A stretch of DNA of 64,000 nt. Origin: Fimicolochytrium jonesii (taxonomy: Eukaryota). The notes beneath the pieces are model-generated. The model ran no database searches. It saw nothing but the letters and a program-made list of their open reading frames with translations, and was not told where the DNA came from. Both the position numbers and the translations under genes were made by a program. This document shows positions 26,614 through 40,200 of this stretch, in pieces. Positions within the stretch are counted from its first letter, which is position 1. Each line of letters begins with the position of its first letter. The DNA lies in assembly GCF_025526975.1 (NCBI RefSeq), contig NW_026515686.1, forward strand, positions 62,001-126,000, in the 5' to 3' direction.

Positions 26614-26902
26614 CGCATGACATTCTGCGATTTCAAGAGCTTTCTAAAAACATGGATGCGTCTTTCAGTGCGGTTGTGCAACGATCCGCTTCGCAAAGGT
26701 CCGTACTACAGACCTCATTACGCACTTTCAGTCAGAACAAAGAACGAGAAAGTATGTATGTACAGGGTATCAAATGTTATTTTCATATTTGTGGTGTATA
26801 GAAGCGACCCATCCAAAAAAAAAGAGAAGGCTATGTACAAGTTCCGGGCAATGTTCTCCCAGTCCGGGGAATGTTCTCTACCGCGTCTGCTCTCGATGGC
26901 TT

Positions 26903-27601
26903 TCATGCTGCAACCTGTTGCAGCCGTTGCTGATAACTAGCGACGAAGGGTGCCATTTCCTTGAAGGCAGACTTTGCCATGCCGACCTGGAAGGAGGAGA
27001 ACAGCTTGCGTCTATAACCCCTCCTCTGTCGCTTCTCATCTTTGCATCTGGTTGGGAAGCTCGATTCCAGCGGGAGGGACGTGCATTGGGCAGGTGATGA
27101 TGATGGTGATAATGGGGAAATGGTGTCGGCGGAGGAAGGAGAGTTGGTGGCCGCATGCCGTTGGCGCATCCAATCGAGCTTCAGCGACCAGCGCGCTCGA
27201 GGGTTGGTCAGCACGTACGCAACCGTATTGGCGTCCACACACGCTTCATCATCCCTCTCGAACTCCAATCCGCTAGACGAGACGTCCACCTCGTCAACGC
27301 GGACGATGATAAGAGGGCTCGGTGCGCGGACTTTCAACTGCTTAGAGGATGACTTTTCTTTTCGTTGTTGTCGCTGGCCTTTCATGCCGATGCCATCGTA
27401 GGTCGTTGGGTAACGCGAGAGTTGTGGGCCGGGACAGGTGAGGCAGGGAGCCTCGTCATCGGAGGAAGATGTTATGTAGCCGGACCCATGGCAGGCTGGG
27501 CAGACGTCGCAATCGTATGGGACGTCGGAGATGGTTTGTTTGGAGGGTGTGTTTGGTGGCGTGAGAGGCAGGTCCGCTGTGGGTGACGTTTGGCAGTACA
27601 T
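26903..27601 (-). CDS. Hypothetical intronless protein with a Cys cluster (CDVCPACHGSG...CLTC)
   Basis: Single ORF from ATG 27601; TATAAAA at 27706-27712 on the same strand about 105 bp upstream; no recognised family. Confidence 0.55.
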   Translation of the reverse strand: MYCQTSPTADLPLTPPNTPSKQTISDVPYDCDVCPACHGSGYITSSSDDEAPCLTCPGPQLSRYPTTYDGIGMKGQRQQRKEKSSSKQLKVRAPSPLIIVRVDEVDVSSSGLEFERDDEACVDANTVAYVLTNPRARWSLKLDWMRQRHAATNSPSSADTISPLSPSSSPAQCTSLPLESSFPTRCKDEKRQRRGYRRKLFSSFQVGMAKSAFKEMAPFVASYQQRLQQVAA

Positions 27602-28897
27602 ATTGCGGTTGATGTATACGTAGCTGAGGATGCGGTTCTGGGTTGTTCGCTGGGGATTCGAATTGCTCGTGGCGATAAATCGGGGCGATACGCTCAATGC
27701 TCCCCTTTTATACGTGCTGCGGGGAAGTTGCTTTAAGCAAAAACATACGTACAGTACGCCGGCAGCATTCCGAATTTCCGATATCTCCAGATGCGGGTAA
27801 GTGATACTTAATTACTGCCCCAGCTTTTTCAGCGACATGACACGTTCATCAACCCTTCGCACGCGTTCCGGCACCCAAATTCCGAAAGCCACGTCGACCG
27901 CCTGACATCCGGCGGGAAGGTCAAGGAAGCCTCCGATTCCGATCTCGACGTCCCGTTTTGAACTCTTGATTAGGCTCGTGATTAGCATGCGGTGAGTTTC
28001 CGGTTTCTAGGGCTAAACCGGATCCTGGATTCCTGGTGCTATCGCAATTACGAATCTTGGCGGCGATTGTCAAACAAATTTAAGGTTTCGATCGCCGCGG
28101 GTAATCTATCACGGGAGGCATGAATCATCCGCGTGTGTAATTAGTACTGACAGCCAATCGCAGCTCTTTATTATCATAGTGACCATTTTGAAGACCAGTA
28201 TCGATTTGTTTCGGCGGGAATCGGGACCAAATTGCCACATTCCGAAACATCCCGACAATCTCCTCGCGCGGATATACAGTATTGCAACATACTGCCTCTG
28301 CTCTGTATGTGCACCGTCACTCCCATTTTCCGATTTCAAGCCCTGCATTAACAGCGTCGAGAGGTCCTGCGACGGGGGCACAATCAACATGCGGCAAAAT
28401 GCGGTCGCAGGCTTCCTTTGTACGAAATGTCGATCATATCGTTTGAACCTAAGTGAATCCGTCTTCGGGGAATAGATGAATTCACTGCATCATACACATT
28501 CGGGATTGAATCTTTAACCAAGACCATGCAAAATACAGTATCTTGGAGGTTATATGATGTGGTGCAATCTTGAGTGCGTTACTGTCCTAGAAATGTTAAA
28601 AAGTTCACACCATGGCAGCGCTGGCAGCTAACCAAGAATTCGGGAACGCGAATGCTTACGTCAGCGCCGGCCTCGAGACGTCGCTGGTCTTGGGTAACGA
28701 CAGTAACGCTTAAGCGGCAGACACTGAGAGGATCCCAAGGGCAAGAAGAACATCGTAGTCAATTACCACAACTGACTCTCTGGTCATCGGCGAAACCCGA
28801 AGCGGTAGTGTACTGTTCGAGTTGTTCGTTTATCCCGGCACCGGCGCCGCCCACTTCCCTACCCTAAAACGCTCCCAGCCCCGTCTCGTCAGCAGCC

Positions 28898-30146
28898 ATG
28901 GCGTCAATGCGGGACGCCATGCGGCGTCTGCAAGTCGTCTACGAAGCTTGTGCGCCCGAACCCACGGCGGACGAAGGCGCCGACGGCAAAAAGATCGATG
29001 AGTTCACACGGATACGCAAAAAGATCCATCTGGACGTCAAGGAAGTCCGCAATGAGCTCAAGGAGCGTGAGGAGATCATGTCGTTAGGAGGCACCACGAC
29101 GGAGAGTGCGGAGAAGAGTTACCGCATTAGAGTGGCGATTAGGGCACTGAAGGAGCAGGCGTCGCGGATGGCGGAGATTGTTGCGAAGGAGGAACGGAAG
29201 GTGCGTCGCGCGTGATTTGCTTCCTCCACTTGCATTGCAGAGTGGCTTTCGGGAAAGCAGAGCTCCCATTCAGTTGAGACCGTATACCGGATATGAACTG
29301 ACGTTCTTTGAGTTTTTCCCTTTGACTTGACGTTGAGCAGAAAAAGAAAGATCCAGAATCTGTGGCGAATCTAGCTCAACGGCGTGAGATCCTCGATCTT
29401 TGCCAAAAACACATCGAAGAGTGCGAGAATCTCGAGAAACGGCGGTTCAATGAGGGGCATGTCGCCGACCGGAGCGAGTTGCTGGCGGGAGCAAGACCAC
29501 CCGGTGCGTAATATTCTGACGTCTGTCCCGGCAGTCCCATTCGTCTAATTCCCAATCCTCAGAACGCCGTCGGGGTAGAGGCAACAAAGCCGCCGATCCA
29601 GAGGAGCCACCACCAGACCCGTTCACAAACACAGATCTGCCGGACATCGACGTAGAGGAGGATTTCAAACGGATTGGGGAGCGTAACAAATTGATCGACA
29701 ACGATCTGGATCAGATAGGTGCTGGTGTGGCTAAGCTGAAGGAGTTGGCTAATGAGATGGGGAATGTACGTGTGGTGTTACGACGTTCAAATTGGGGTGG
29801 ACCAGGGGAGAGAGACATTTCCTGACGGTCGGTTTGCATCCTCGGTTTCACAGGAGCTGGACCGGCAAAACGAGCAACTAGACAACATCGAGCGAGGGGT
29901 GGATGGGGCTTTAGATCGCGTAGACAATCTGAATGTGAAAATGCGCGTGGCTGTCGATAAGGTACCGTCCCCTAAATCAGCCGTGGGCAAGGGAGTCTCT
30001 TGGAAGAGGAACGAAAACGCTGATCGGAAATCTTCACACTCGTGCACATGCAGGTCATGAAAGGAGACAGGTTTATAGTAAATTGCGTGCTGATGTGTGT
30101 CGTGCTAGCGCTCGTCGCATTCATCTCCGGTCAGTTCGCAACGTGA
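28898..30146 (+). CDS. SYP7 (syntaxin-71-like) Qc-SNARE; spliced
   Basis: Helical N-domain ('DEFTRIRKKIHLDVKEVR...EREE...RIRVAIRALKE'), SNARE motif 'IDNDLDQIGAGVAKLKELANEMGN|ELDRQNEQLDNIE..VD..LDRVDNLNVKM', C-terminal TM anchor 'FIVNCVLMCVVLALVAFI'. Confidence 0.8.
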
Positions 30147-30377
30147 CCTGTCCTACATGGGACGCAGCTGCTACAGACACAACGCACGCATTTCTATTCT
30201 TTGTTCATAAGTAAAAAGTGGGGAGGGATCTGTCTTTTGTTCTATAATACATACTGCAGACATTATCGGAGAGTTCACCAGCCTGCAGTTTCGGGGGAGG
30301 ACCGTGGGAGAGGGGCGATGGGTCCAAAAGTTTCTCCGAGGGAGCTCGGTCACGACGGGGTTTGATGATATACATCA

Positions 30378-32909
30378 TCACGGCGAGATGTGCATCATTG
30401 AATAGTCCCGACCGTGTCTCGACCGTGCAGGCGATGGGGTGACGGCAAAATCTTGGAAGCCTTGTACAAGGGCTTCCACGGTGTTTGATACCTTCGTTCT
30501 GGTTGGGGAGCCCGAGACTTGCACTGACTGCACACGACGTAAGGCCGGCATAGTCGGCCGACCCCCTGACCCTGTCGCTCGTGTGGTTTCTGATTTTGTT
30601 GATGTCAGCACTTGCCGATTTGAAGATGTGAGGATGCCCGTGCTGCTAGGGGCGGTTGTTGGGGGTGTTGGTAGGCCACTCAGAGCCGAGTGTGAAGATT
30701 TGGAGCTTCTGCCCCGACCGAGCACCCCTAATGAGCCCAGCGCCGACGTGAAGATATTTCTATGAACGATAACGACATTGTATCAGATGAATGGTGTTTT
30801 GGACCATGCAACAGCAATCATGGTTGCTTACTCTCGATCGTCTGAGTTCTTTTCTCCAAGAGGCATGACATAGGATGCGCGTGACCTGACCCGAGTTTGC
30901 TGCAGCGAGACTTTCTCTGTTGTGGTAGGAGATTTTAGGTCCGATTGTTGTGGAGGGAAACACGGTGTTCAGATCGAACCTTGCGCCTGCAGTTCCGCCC
31001 GTGCTTCAGCGAGCTCGGCTTGCTTTCTCAACAGATCCTGCTCCTTCGCTTTTATCTCCAGCATCAGCTCCTTTTCCATTTGATGGTACCGTCGTTCCAG
31101 CAGCTCCTCGTGATTCTGCAAGGACGCCTTCATTTGTGCCTCGCGTTCGGCCACAATTTTGGACCATTCAGCCTCTTTAGCGTTCTGAACAGCTTCCCGT
31201 GCCTCTATTGCTTTGAGTCTGGATTGCAACTCTTCAACCGTGGGAATACTTGGTTTGATTTCAGGTGATGGCACAGAACTAAGTATTGGTAGGTTTAGTT
31301 CGGAGGGATAGAGGGAATGCCATTCCGTAGTTGCCGACACTTACTGCCGTGGGCCCTGACCGAGACATTGCATGATCTTGGGATGTTCGAGCAACGCACT
31401 GGTACATGGCCGCATCTCGTGCTGCAATCGTCATAAGTAAACGATCAAGTGGAGTAAATAAAAGAGCACGACGGAGATACCTTCACACGCAGCATCTCCC
31501 TCATAACCTGGTACAGCTCCCGCGAAAACTGCAGGTCGGATGGTCAATCAGCGACATGTCAGATTTGCGCAACGGGTACGAGTTTCCGTACCTGCGATGG
31601 CAAGGGCTCTATGATACCGCGCTGTATCTTCGCAGCGAGCTGGGTTTGCGTTCTCGCCTGAAATGGTGGTCTGTTGTCCAAAACGATAGTCAGTTCCGAT
31701 CTACCGTCGATATCCGGTCTGAAAGGTTGCTTACTCGAGTGTGCACATCTCGTAGATGATGCATCCTAAAACAGCAGAAAAATGAGTTCCACAGTGGCAG
31801 CTATGTATAATCCAGAACCACGCGGCACTGACCTAACGCCCAAATATCGGATTTCTTGTTGTATGCCGATTCGCTGATAAGCTCCTATGAACGTACAACT
31901 ATCAGCCCAAAACTCGACGGGACCCGGATGAGTAAAGCTCGGGAATTACAGGGGACATGTAGAATGGTGTTCCAACGTATGTCTGTGCAAAGTCCGCGCC
32001 ATCCATCAGCCGTGATAGCCCGAAGTCCCCAAGCTTTGCGTTATGACTTCCATCCAGGAACACTGATTGATCGGAGAGGTTAACATCCCTCCCCCAATCT
32101 ACATGGAACGATCGGGAGAGCAACCCGACATACCGTTATCCGGCTTGATGTCCCTGTATGAAGACGTTAGTACAGCCGTATGCGACAGGGTGAAGTGGGT
32201 TGCTTTCCCTCACCTATGTAATATGGGAGGATGTGATCCACTTTTGGACGATCCAGGGGACCCTTGATGGCATTCGTGTAGTGCGAGCAGCAATTGTGCC
32301 AAGATGTTCCATATGTGGGCTTCTTGAAATCTTTGGCTAAAACAGAGTCGATCAGCAAACAGGTCAACGCGGCCGTTCAGTGAAGTAGCATACGCCAGCC
32401 TACCCCGTCTTCCTAGCTTTTCGGATGACGGCCGCAAGATCCCCTGTTGCTCCGACATCAGTATTCGACGGCGTGGATGCTCCATCGAGACAAAGCATAC
32501 CTCCTTCGCAGTATTCTACGGGGATTCAAGGACATGAGCTCCATGTCTCAAAGGCCTGAGCCGCTTCAGCATGCACAATGCGTTCCTTACCCATTATAAT
32601 ATAGATCATCGAGTTGCCCTTATCGACATGCCGCTCATAATACCGTACTATATGCGGATGCCGAAGTTCGCGGAGAATGTTCACCTCCGCGACGAGCTGC
32701 TTTCGCTCTCTCTCGCTCATCTTCCGGTAATCGATCTCCTTCCTCGCAAATATCTGACAAGTCCAGGAGAACCCGTGTGAGGTAACCTGGCACATTACTC
32801 TACGCGTTCAATGCCTACTCCCCACCTTGCCATCACTCTTCCGCCTGACTTTGCGGATGAGGCCAAAGGATCCAGACCCTATCACGTTCAACGACTCGTA
32901 GCTGTCCAT
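30378..32909 (-). CDS. NEK2: NimA/NEK2-family mitotic kinase with coiled-coil and Ser/Thr-rich tail; spliced
   Basis: 'YESLNVIGSGSFGLIRKV', 'ARKEIDYRKMSERERKQLVAEVNILRELRHPHIVRYY', 'ILHRDIKPDN', 'KLGDFGLSR...FAQTYVGTPFYMSP'. Confidence 0.92.
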
Positions 32910-33192
32910 CTTCACTTTGCACTTTGGGTTTTTGATCCCCGGTCGGTTCCCAGCTCAGCTCAAGGACACTGAAAGGGGAGTTCGCTGGCAATGATCTAGG
33001 CATTAGAGACTTTGCTTGACCTGCGGAGTGCTCGAGCCAGACGATATGCTCACTCACCAACTCGCTGTTTCTCTCGTCGGCTTTCTTCCGTAGCCAAGGG
33101 GGCTGTTCCTTCTCACGGGAAAGGTGGGCAAAGTCCAAAGCTCTGGGGCTATGATGGCGAAGGGAGGTGGTGAGGGAGACGCGTGGGAACTG

Positions 33193-33351
33193 TCCGAAAG
33201 GGGAGAACCGATATTCGCACTCACCGATCAAGCTTCTATTCGCACTCAAGGCATTCATACTCTTAATTGTCAAGTGCCCCAGTTAGGGTTAGGGGCAGGA
33301 TTAGGGTAGAACCATAGAAGTGAGTGCGAATATCGGTTCTCTCCGAAAGGG
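33193..33351. mobile_element. 139-bp MITE (33203-33341), Mutator/MULE-like: 22-bp perfect TIRs plus flanking 10-bp TSD
   Basis: TIR GAGAACCGATATTCGCACTCAC at 33203-33224, inverted copy at 33320-33341; identical TCCGAAAGGG immediately outside both (33193-33202, 33342-33351); internal TTAGGG repeats. Confidence 0.85.
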
Positions 33352-34321
33352 CAGGACATGACGAGTTTGAACCTTGGAAGGTGTTGACGCTCTGGGTTTT
33401 GGAGCATGCGCTCCATGCCCTACCGCTCATGGCATGGAGAGGTCCTGCGTGTACGTTACATAAGGACAAGCGTCGTCGGGCCTACCCTGCACAGGCGGCA
33501 CGGCACGTCTTCGAGAGACTATCAACATTGCTCCATGTCTCCTCCCCTTGCTCTCCTTCACCGGGACAACCCGGATTGAAATTTGCTGCAAACAAACCTT
33601 GACCGATTTTCACCCGACCTGCTCCCTGAGAACAGAAAGACTGTGATGGGTCAGCACTGCACCAAGCATGTAAACTGCTCGAAACGCTCCCAGTCTCGCC
33701 AGCTTCAATTTACAGGATAGTGCGTTCTTCTATTTTGTTGTGCAGGTCGCCTGCAACGTACTTGCGGGGAGTCAGGCGAAAGTGCATGTCTCCTAGCGCC
33801 TAGAAGATGTTAAAGATGAAATGCTGCTGGGGGAGAGGTGGCATTTCGATTGCTACATTCGATGTGAAGTCAAGCTTGAGAAGACATGGCATCAGTACGG
33901 GAGGAAGGCCATAGCCGCGCTGTGAACTCGGCCACCCCAGTGGTGGAGATGAGTAGAGTGACTCGTTGATGGTCTCTCGGCCTCGCACGTCCTTGGTATT
34001 GTTGGAAGACAACTTTGAAGAGAAACATTGTGCACACGGATATGGCAATGATTTATTGAGTGGGAGAATATTTGGAGCAGTGCTCAAACAGGAAAACTGC
34101 TATCCGAATTGTTGATTAGACTCAATAAACTACATACGCCGGTTCATGTGTCGACGGCTTGTCGAGGTTCCAATGGCACTTGATGCCAAGTTTTGCGATC
34201 TGTTCTGCATGATATTCCCACGCCCGTTTGCCTTCGGCGCTGACGGTAGCTCCGACATTCGTTCTACCCACAAGAGGAGAGCTTCCCGCTCACCTAGACG
34301 GGAAGCCGAAGAGATTCATAC

Positions 34322-36496
34322 TTACCACACCGGATACTCCAACCCACCGGCCTCCCCCACCTCGGCCGGAAATCGTTCCCAGCACACCTGATTCCCGAAC
34401 TCGCCATAGAGCGTCAATCCGGCGTCCTCATACTCTCCCGAAGGTACCCAACTCAGCATCGTCTTCTCCAGTCTTGTGCAAGCAGTCAACATGTTGCGCA
34501 AACTCGCCAGCCACTGCTCGGGGAACGTAAAGTGAACTTGCCCGTTGTGTTCGGTCGGGTCGGGCGGCTTGTGTCGCAGGTCGAGGTACCTCAGCGAGCC
34601 ACGGCAGCGGATACTAATCTCGTCAAGGACGTGATGTGGGGGAAACGTGAGAACGGAGAGCATCGAGAGCGATGTGAGGGTTCCGCCTCGGTATGTGATG
34701 AGGCTGACGAGCGCAGGCGGCGGACAGGCGTCGATGTCCATAAAGAGGGCAGTAAGGCACCGCGGCGCGTGATGAATGATCGAGGTAACGATGCGTTCGG
34801 TCGCTTCGAGACCTTGGATATCCAGATGCGTAAGACATCGCAGTCCAGTGAACATCGTGCAGATGGCTGATTCAATCTGCTTGAAAGTGAGTGGGTCATC
34901 GATTTGAGCGAATGCATCTGGCCGATATTGTTTCACTCGGTGTCGAAAAGTGAACATGCGAAGTACGGGGCAGCCTATGCGAACGGCATGTAGGGCACTG
35001 CAGAGGCTCGCAACTTGGTCTCTGTGGTTGTTGCTCTTATAGCGGCTGTGATGATGGTGATGGGAATGCTGATGGTGGTTCTTGTGCAGCTGCTGATAGT
35101 TGTGCTGGTGAATCAGATGTGGGATAGGGCCGTCCGTAGGTGCCGTCGCCAGCGGCAGGAGCACATGAAGAATCTCCAGCGCTGGAGCCTCTGTGGCGAT
35201 TCGCTGCAGTAGAATCCGAACGTCGCTTAATCTGCATGACGCATCTTTGGTGCTGTAAAGGGCACTGACGTATAGCTGCTGCAGGTTGGATGCAAGACCT
35301 TTCCTAACCAGTGCCAAGAAAGCGGTGAGGTTCTTGCGATGCGACGTCCGAATCCTTGCGATATCGAGGATCCTCAGACGCGCCATGCCGTCAATGATGC
35401 TGTGGCAGGAGGCCTCGTCATTGAATGGGCGATCCGCATACATCTCGTAACCATCCTCCTCGTCCATGTCGAGATTGTCTTCATCATCTTCATAGTGCTC
35501 GTCGTCACTGTCTTCTTCGTCCAACTCTATACTCAAACGCAAGGCGTCCAGATGAGGACACGCTCGGAATATAGCACACAAACCTGGCACATCCACCGCA
35601 TCACCCTCGTTCTCGAACTTGAGCGTGCGCAAGTTGCTGCACTTGCCGGCGATACCCATCACAACCCCGGAAACCATCGGAGCGCCGCCCACGGTCCATC
35701 GCGGGAACACCGGCAGCGCTAACCTCCTCACCGCGTCCCCTATCGTGAGCAGGCTGTCGTCACCTGTGGCTGCATCATCATCGGTGTCGTTCGTCTTGTC
35801 GTGTGTCCCGACTAATGCCGCGCTCCATCTAACGCCCAGCCCAAATTTGAGAACGCTCGAAACGCTGGCAAAGACCGGATCGCGCCATAGGACGCATCTG
35901 GCGTCCTTGTACCATCGCTTGTTGACTTGACATGTCTTCAGAAGGTCGAGCTGTCCGCTGAGGCGTAGCGTTGGATCGAGGGTGAATGTGTCCCCGACAT
36001 AGTTCAAAATCAACGCCATGATGTCGGTGCCGAGATAGGGTGCGGCAGTGGGTGGCGGGAGGTTGTACAGCAGGGCTTGAGTTTGAGCGTTCAGGGACTC
36101 GATGGTGGAGTCTGTATGTAATTGTCGTTAATCCTCGACATCACTCATGTTTCGTCTCCGATGGTCTGGGACAGAAAACACACCTTGACCCATCCATTCC
36201 ATCCACTCCACCTGGTCCTGATCCATCTCATCCTTCGGGCTCCCGTCCGTCTTCAACGGCAGTTCCAGCAAAAATCTACAAGCCTCCAACGCCATAACCA
36301 CCTCCTTCGTAGTGGGTGACTCCATTCCCGTTTGTTCGTCGCATATCCTGCTGGTCCCACCGCTCCGCCCATTCTCCACCAGCTTGTTCAATACGGTCAT
36401 GCATGCCTCCGCCATTGGCCGAACCACATCGGCCAACACGATGTCCGAACCCGTTGGCGCCGTCGGCGAAAAGAGGTTGTTGGGCGGCATTGGCAT
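34322..36496 (-). CDS. F-box/LRR (RNI-like) protein; probably 2 exons
   Basis: F-box-like 'DIMALILNYV...DLLKTCQVNKRWY..ARCVLWRDP', followed by LRR-like repeats (CSNLRTLKF, CPHLDALRL, LRCLTHLDI, CTRLEK). The upstream ORF 36128..36496 splices in frame. Confidence 0.75.
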
Positions 36497-37284
36497 ATGT
36501 CGTTTTCAGTTCGAGTGTGGAGACTTGAAGACTGACGACCGCCCGTGGGAACCAGGGAAGGTGTGACTAGACGCCCCTTGACTTTCTCAGTCACTGTGGT
36601 TGTATTTTGTATTTCTATATTTGCAGGTCAGGAAAGAGCGGGAAGGTTTGAGAGAGAAGAGTAGGGTATGCCTTTGCGTTTGACAGGTGAAGGGAGGTAT
36701 CACACTGGATCGCATTGACTCACCGCATGAAATCATTCAGCGACGCGCTGTCGATTTCCGTCAAGATGTACTGTACTGTACAATACCCGAAATGGGCAAG
36801 TTCATCGTTTGCCCGATGAAGATCCACCGAAGTTCTAAAGACCTGTCCTGAAACCAACTCAGATCACATTCAAGAACACTAACTCCATTCAGACATTCAC
36901 AACCAATGAAATTTCAAGACAAAAAATGCACAGATTCACACAAAACAAAAAGGAAAATTGCATATCAAAAACGAAGCACAAAAACTAAGAAACAAAAAGA
37001 TATACAGAAGGGGTTACGAAAGATAACAAATATCTCAAACACCCACAGAAAAGGCGAACTTTGCAGATAGACTCTGATAGAGTGATCCCCTCCTCGTCAC
37101 ATCAGAGCAAACGACCTGAGAGGTGTGAGAGGAACGAGGAGGAAGAGGTCTACGATCATGGTGCCGCGAATCTAATAGTGAAGGGCTCCGTGGAGGGAGG
37201 TTCGGTTTTTTTGTGGGGGGTCATAATGGTGAATGTTCGGCGGGTGGGGAGTTAGGCGAGGCAGGGAGAACGATGCCAGGGTAT

Positions 37285-40200
37285 TTACTTGGCAGCTGTG
37301 GGGGATGTGGGATGCGCGACGGATCCGACCCGAGCCCACAAGCTGGCGACAAAGCGCTCCAATACCCGGCGATCGTCGTCCGTCATGGTGGGGGTGTGAT
37401 GGGAGGAGGTACCTATTCCTGTCGGTCGTGCGCTGGCGGAGGAGCCAGACGAAGAGATGGATGGTGGGAGATGGGTAGGATTCGATGATGTGCCGGCGCT
37501 GTCAGTGTCCGAGTAGTCTTCGACGCTTAGAAGAGCTTCGATGAGGAGGATGGCGTGGCGGTACATGTCCTCGCATTGAGATGGGGGTGGGTTGCTGGAG
37601 AGTTCGAGAAGGGCTGCTTGTCGGGACTATGAGACAGAAAAGCGACAATGAGACATCTGACGTGCACAACTAATCCCGAAAGAAAGAGAGGTTACTCACC
37701 ACTTCCAAAGCTCCCTCATACACCACCATCTCCACACGTCGTCCCGAGGTATCGTCCGCGTCGACGCCACATCGTTCAGCGCGGTCCAAGCACTCATTAA
37801 ACCGCTCACGCACCCACTGCACTCCCACGCTCAAAACCTTCAAGTCGACGGCGCTAGCAGAAGACGGCGACGAGTAACCTCCACCTGCTACACTGGCGCT
37901 GATCATCCCTACCATTGTCGCCGTAGACATGGACAAGCCGCGCGAGGACGATCTAGCAGAGCGCAGGCCCTCCCATATCCCTTTGGCGACTTCGATCCCC
38001 GTTTGGTAGCATCGCAGGGCGAGGAGGTAGCAACCGAGGGCTTCAGATGGTGCAGTCGGCGCGAGCGAGTCTGCGAGCTGCTGGACAGCGTGTCCGCGAA
38101 GAGCGCAGAGATTCAATGGTGTGAGGAGGGAATGCTGATCCGAGTCGGCGGCTGATCGTGGGCTGGACAGGAAACCGCCTGCGACGTTCCGTCCTGGTGA
38201 TCCGGCGGAAGAGGCCGCGGCGGTATATGCTTGGGGTGGAGTAGTGGTCGGTAGAGGCGAACTTGTGGGATGTCCGCTGCTGGGCCCGGGACTGTTGAGG
38301 AACTGGTGGGTCGATTCGCGCAGGGAGCCGAAAATGCGGGATTGTTGTTTGGGAGATATACGCAGGCTACGAGGTGACTGCCCTAGAGGAGTAGGAGGTG
38401 TCAAGCCCAGGCTTGGGACATCTGTTGACGGAGTTGGCTGCAGATCCGAGGCGCGGGAGAGAACGGCCTCGGAAGCGGCATAGTGCACAGGAGCGTGGGC
38501 GGCGGCGGGAAAAGTCGCGGTTGATCCTTGTCCTTCCGTACCGCGAAAAGCCCCAGCTACTTCATCGGCCAACCAGTTAACTTCAACAACCCGTTTCTCC
38601 ACTACGACGTACTCCTCTATGCTCGCCTTGCCGTTATTCGTGCCGGTGCTGCCAGTCGTTGATGATTTGGAGCCACTCGCATTCTGCTCTTTCGGCCCGC
38701 CGGCGTCTCCATTATCATCATAAACATCATGCTCGTCGACTTCACTCAGTTCCAAACTTCCAAGGGAAGAAAGAGACGAGTTGTTTTCCTCTCCTCTCGA
38801 GCCTTCCAGTGGCTCGTCGGGTGTTGATACCGCAAGGTGCTCCGGCTCGACGTTCGAAGAAGGTTTGACCGAGGCGCCAAATATGGCCGGATCTACTTGC
38901 CCGTATTCTGGAAATGGCGCTTCAACATTGATATGATGAGCCTGATGTTGTGTACTCGATGTTGTCTGCGCAGGAACACTCCCGCCGGTCGAAAAGGGGG
39001 GTATTATGCTGGCATGGATGTGCGCCGTACTTCCCGAATTCGATGAATCTCCGATACTGCCTTTGATGGGGTGCAATGGTGGCGCGGACACTTGTCTCGT
39101 CATTTCCACCGGGCCCCCAAAATGTCTTGGCAACATTGGGGCAAAGGAGGGACCACCGTAGGATGTCTTATGGTGATGTGAAGACGACTTGCTTTCGGAC
39201 GCCATGGCCCTCTGCTGCTGGGCGGTGTCATGTGGCATACCCAATATCAGAGTCTCTCCTCGCTTGAACTCCGGGCGGGCTGGAGATGTGTGGACGCGTT
39301 GAAGTGCCACAGGAACGAACTTGTTGGCATGTGTATCTACTCGATCTGGCTGCCCGAATGCCTGTCCGAACCCTTCAGAAATGGCGGCGGGGTGCCGGGT
39401 GTCTGCATGTGCATCTGATGTCGCCCCGGAAGGAGAATCGTTCCATGGCGGTGTTCCTCCGCGTATCGACCGATGTGATCCAGAAGACGATTTTCTCCGT
39501 AATGAGAAACCATCGTCATAGGACGACGGACCTGATGCAGAAGCCAGCGATCGATTGCTGATCACACAGGGGTGAGAGAAGAAAGCCTCAAAAGACATCC
39601 GCTCCGCCGGCACTCGCTTCAAGAGCTTCCTGACCAAATCTTTCAGATCGTCTCCTAGAGCCTGGGCACCGCTGGGTGCAAGGAAGCGGGGACTAGAACT
39701 TGGGCTGTATCCGAGACGAGAACTTGGCGACGAAGAAAGGCTGTTGCGATGTGCAGGCGCGGCGATTGCGCCTTCACCAGGGAATCTGATGTAGCCTTCC
39801 CCGCGATCTATCTTCCGCAATAGATCAATGTGGTTTTGCGCTTTGAAAGGTGGTCGGCCGCAGATCATCTCGTATAAGATAGCCCCGAAAGACCATAAGT
39901 CGGCCGACGGTCCATATTTGTCTCCGCGTAGAATTTCAGGGGCCATGTACAGAGGAGATCCGCACAACGTCGACGCCAATGAATGGGCAGGCAATGCGCG
40001 GGCGAATCCGAAATCGGCGAGCTTTAGTACCGGTAAGGGAGGTAGCATGACTGAAGTCCCGGGCTGTACAAAGGACGGTATTTGCAACCCAGGTGCGTCG
40101 AATGGACCGGGGCATAATAGTACGTTCTATGGGAGGATAGCGACGATGGAGTAAGTAGATGTGCGGACCGACGTTCGGTGAGACTCTTTGAGATGACTGG

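Noticed and set aside
33270..33310. Minus-strand CTAACCCTAACTG, identical to the vertebrate telomerase RNA template, inside a long hairpin
   Set aside because: The hairpin arms are perfect TIRs with an exact 10-bp TSD, and no U-rich pseudoknot follows. A MITE explains it better.
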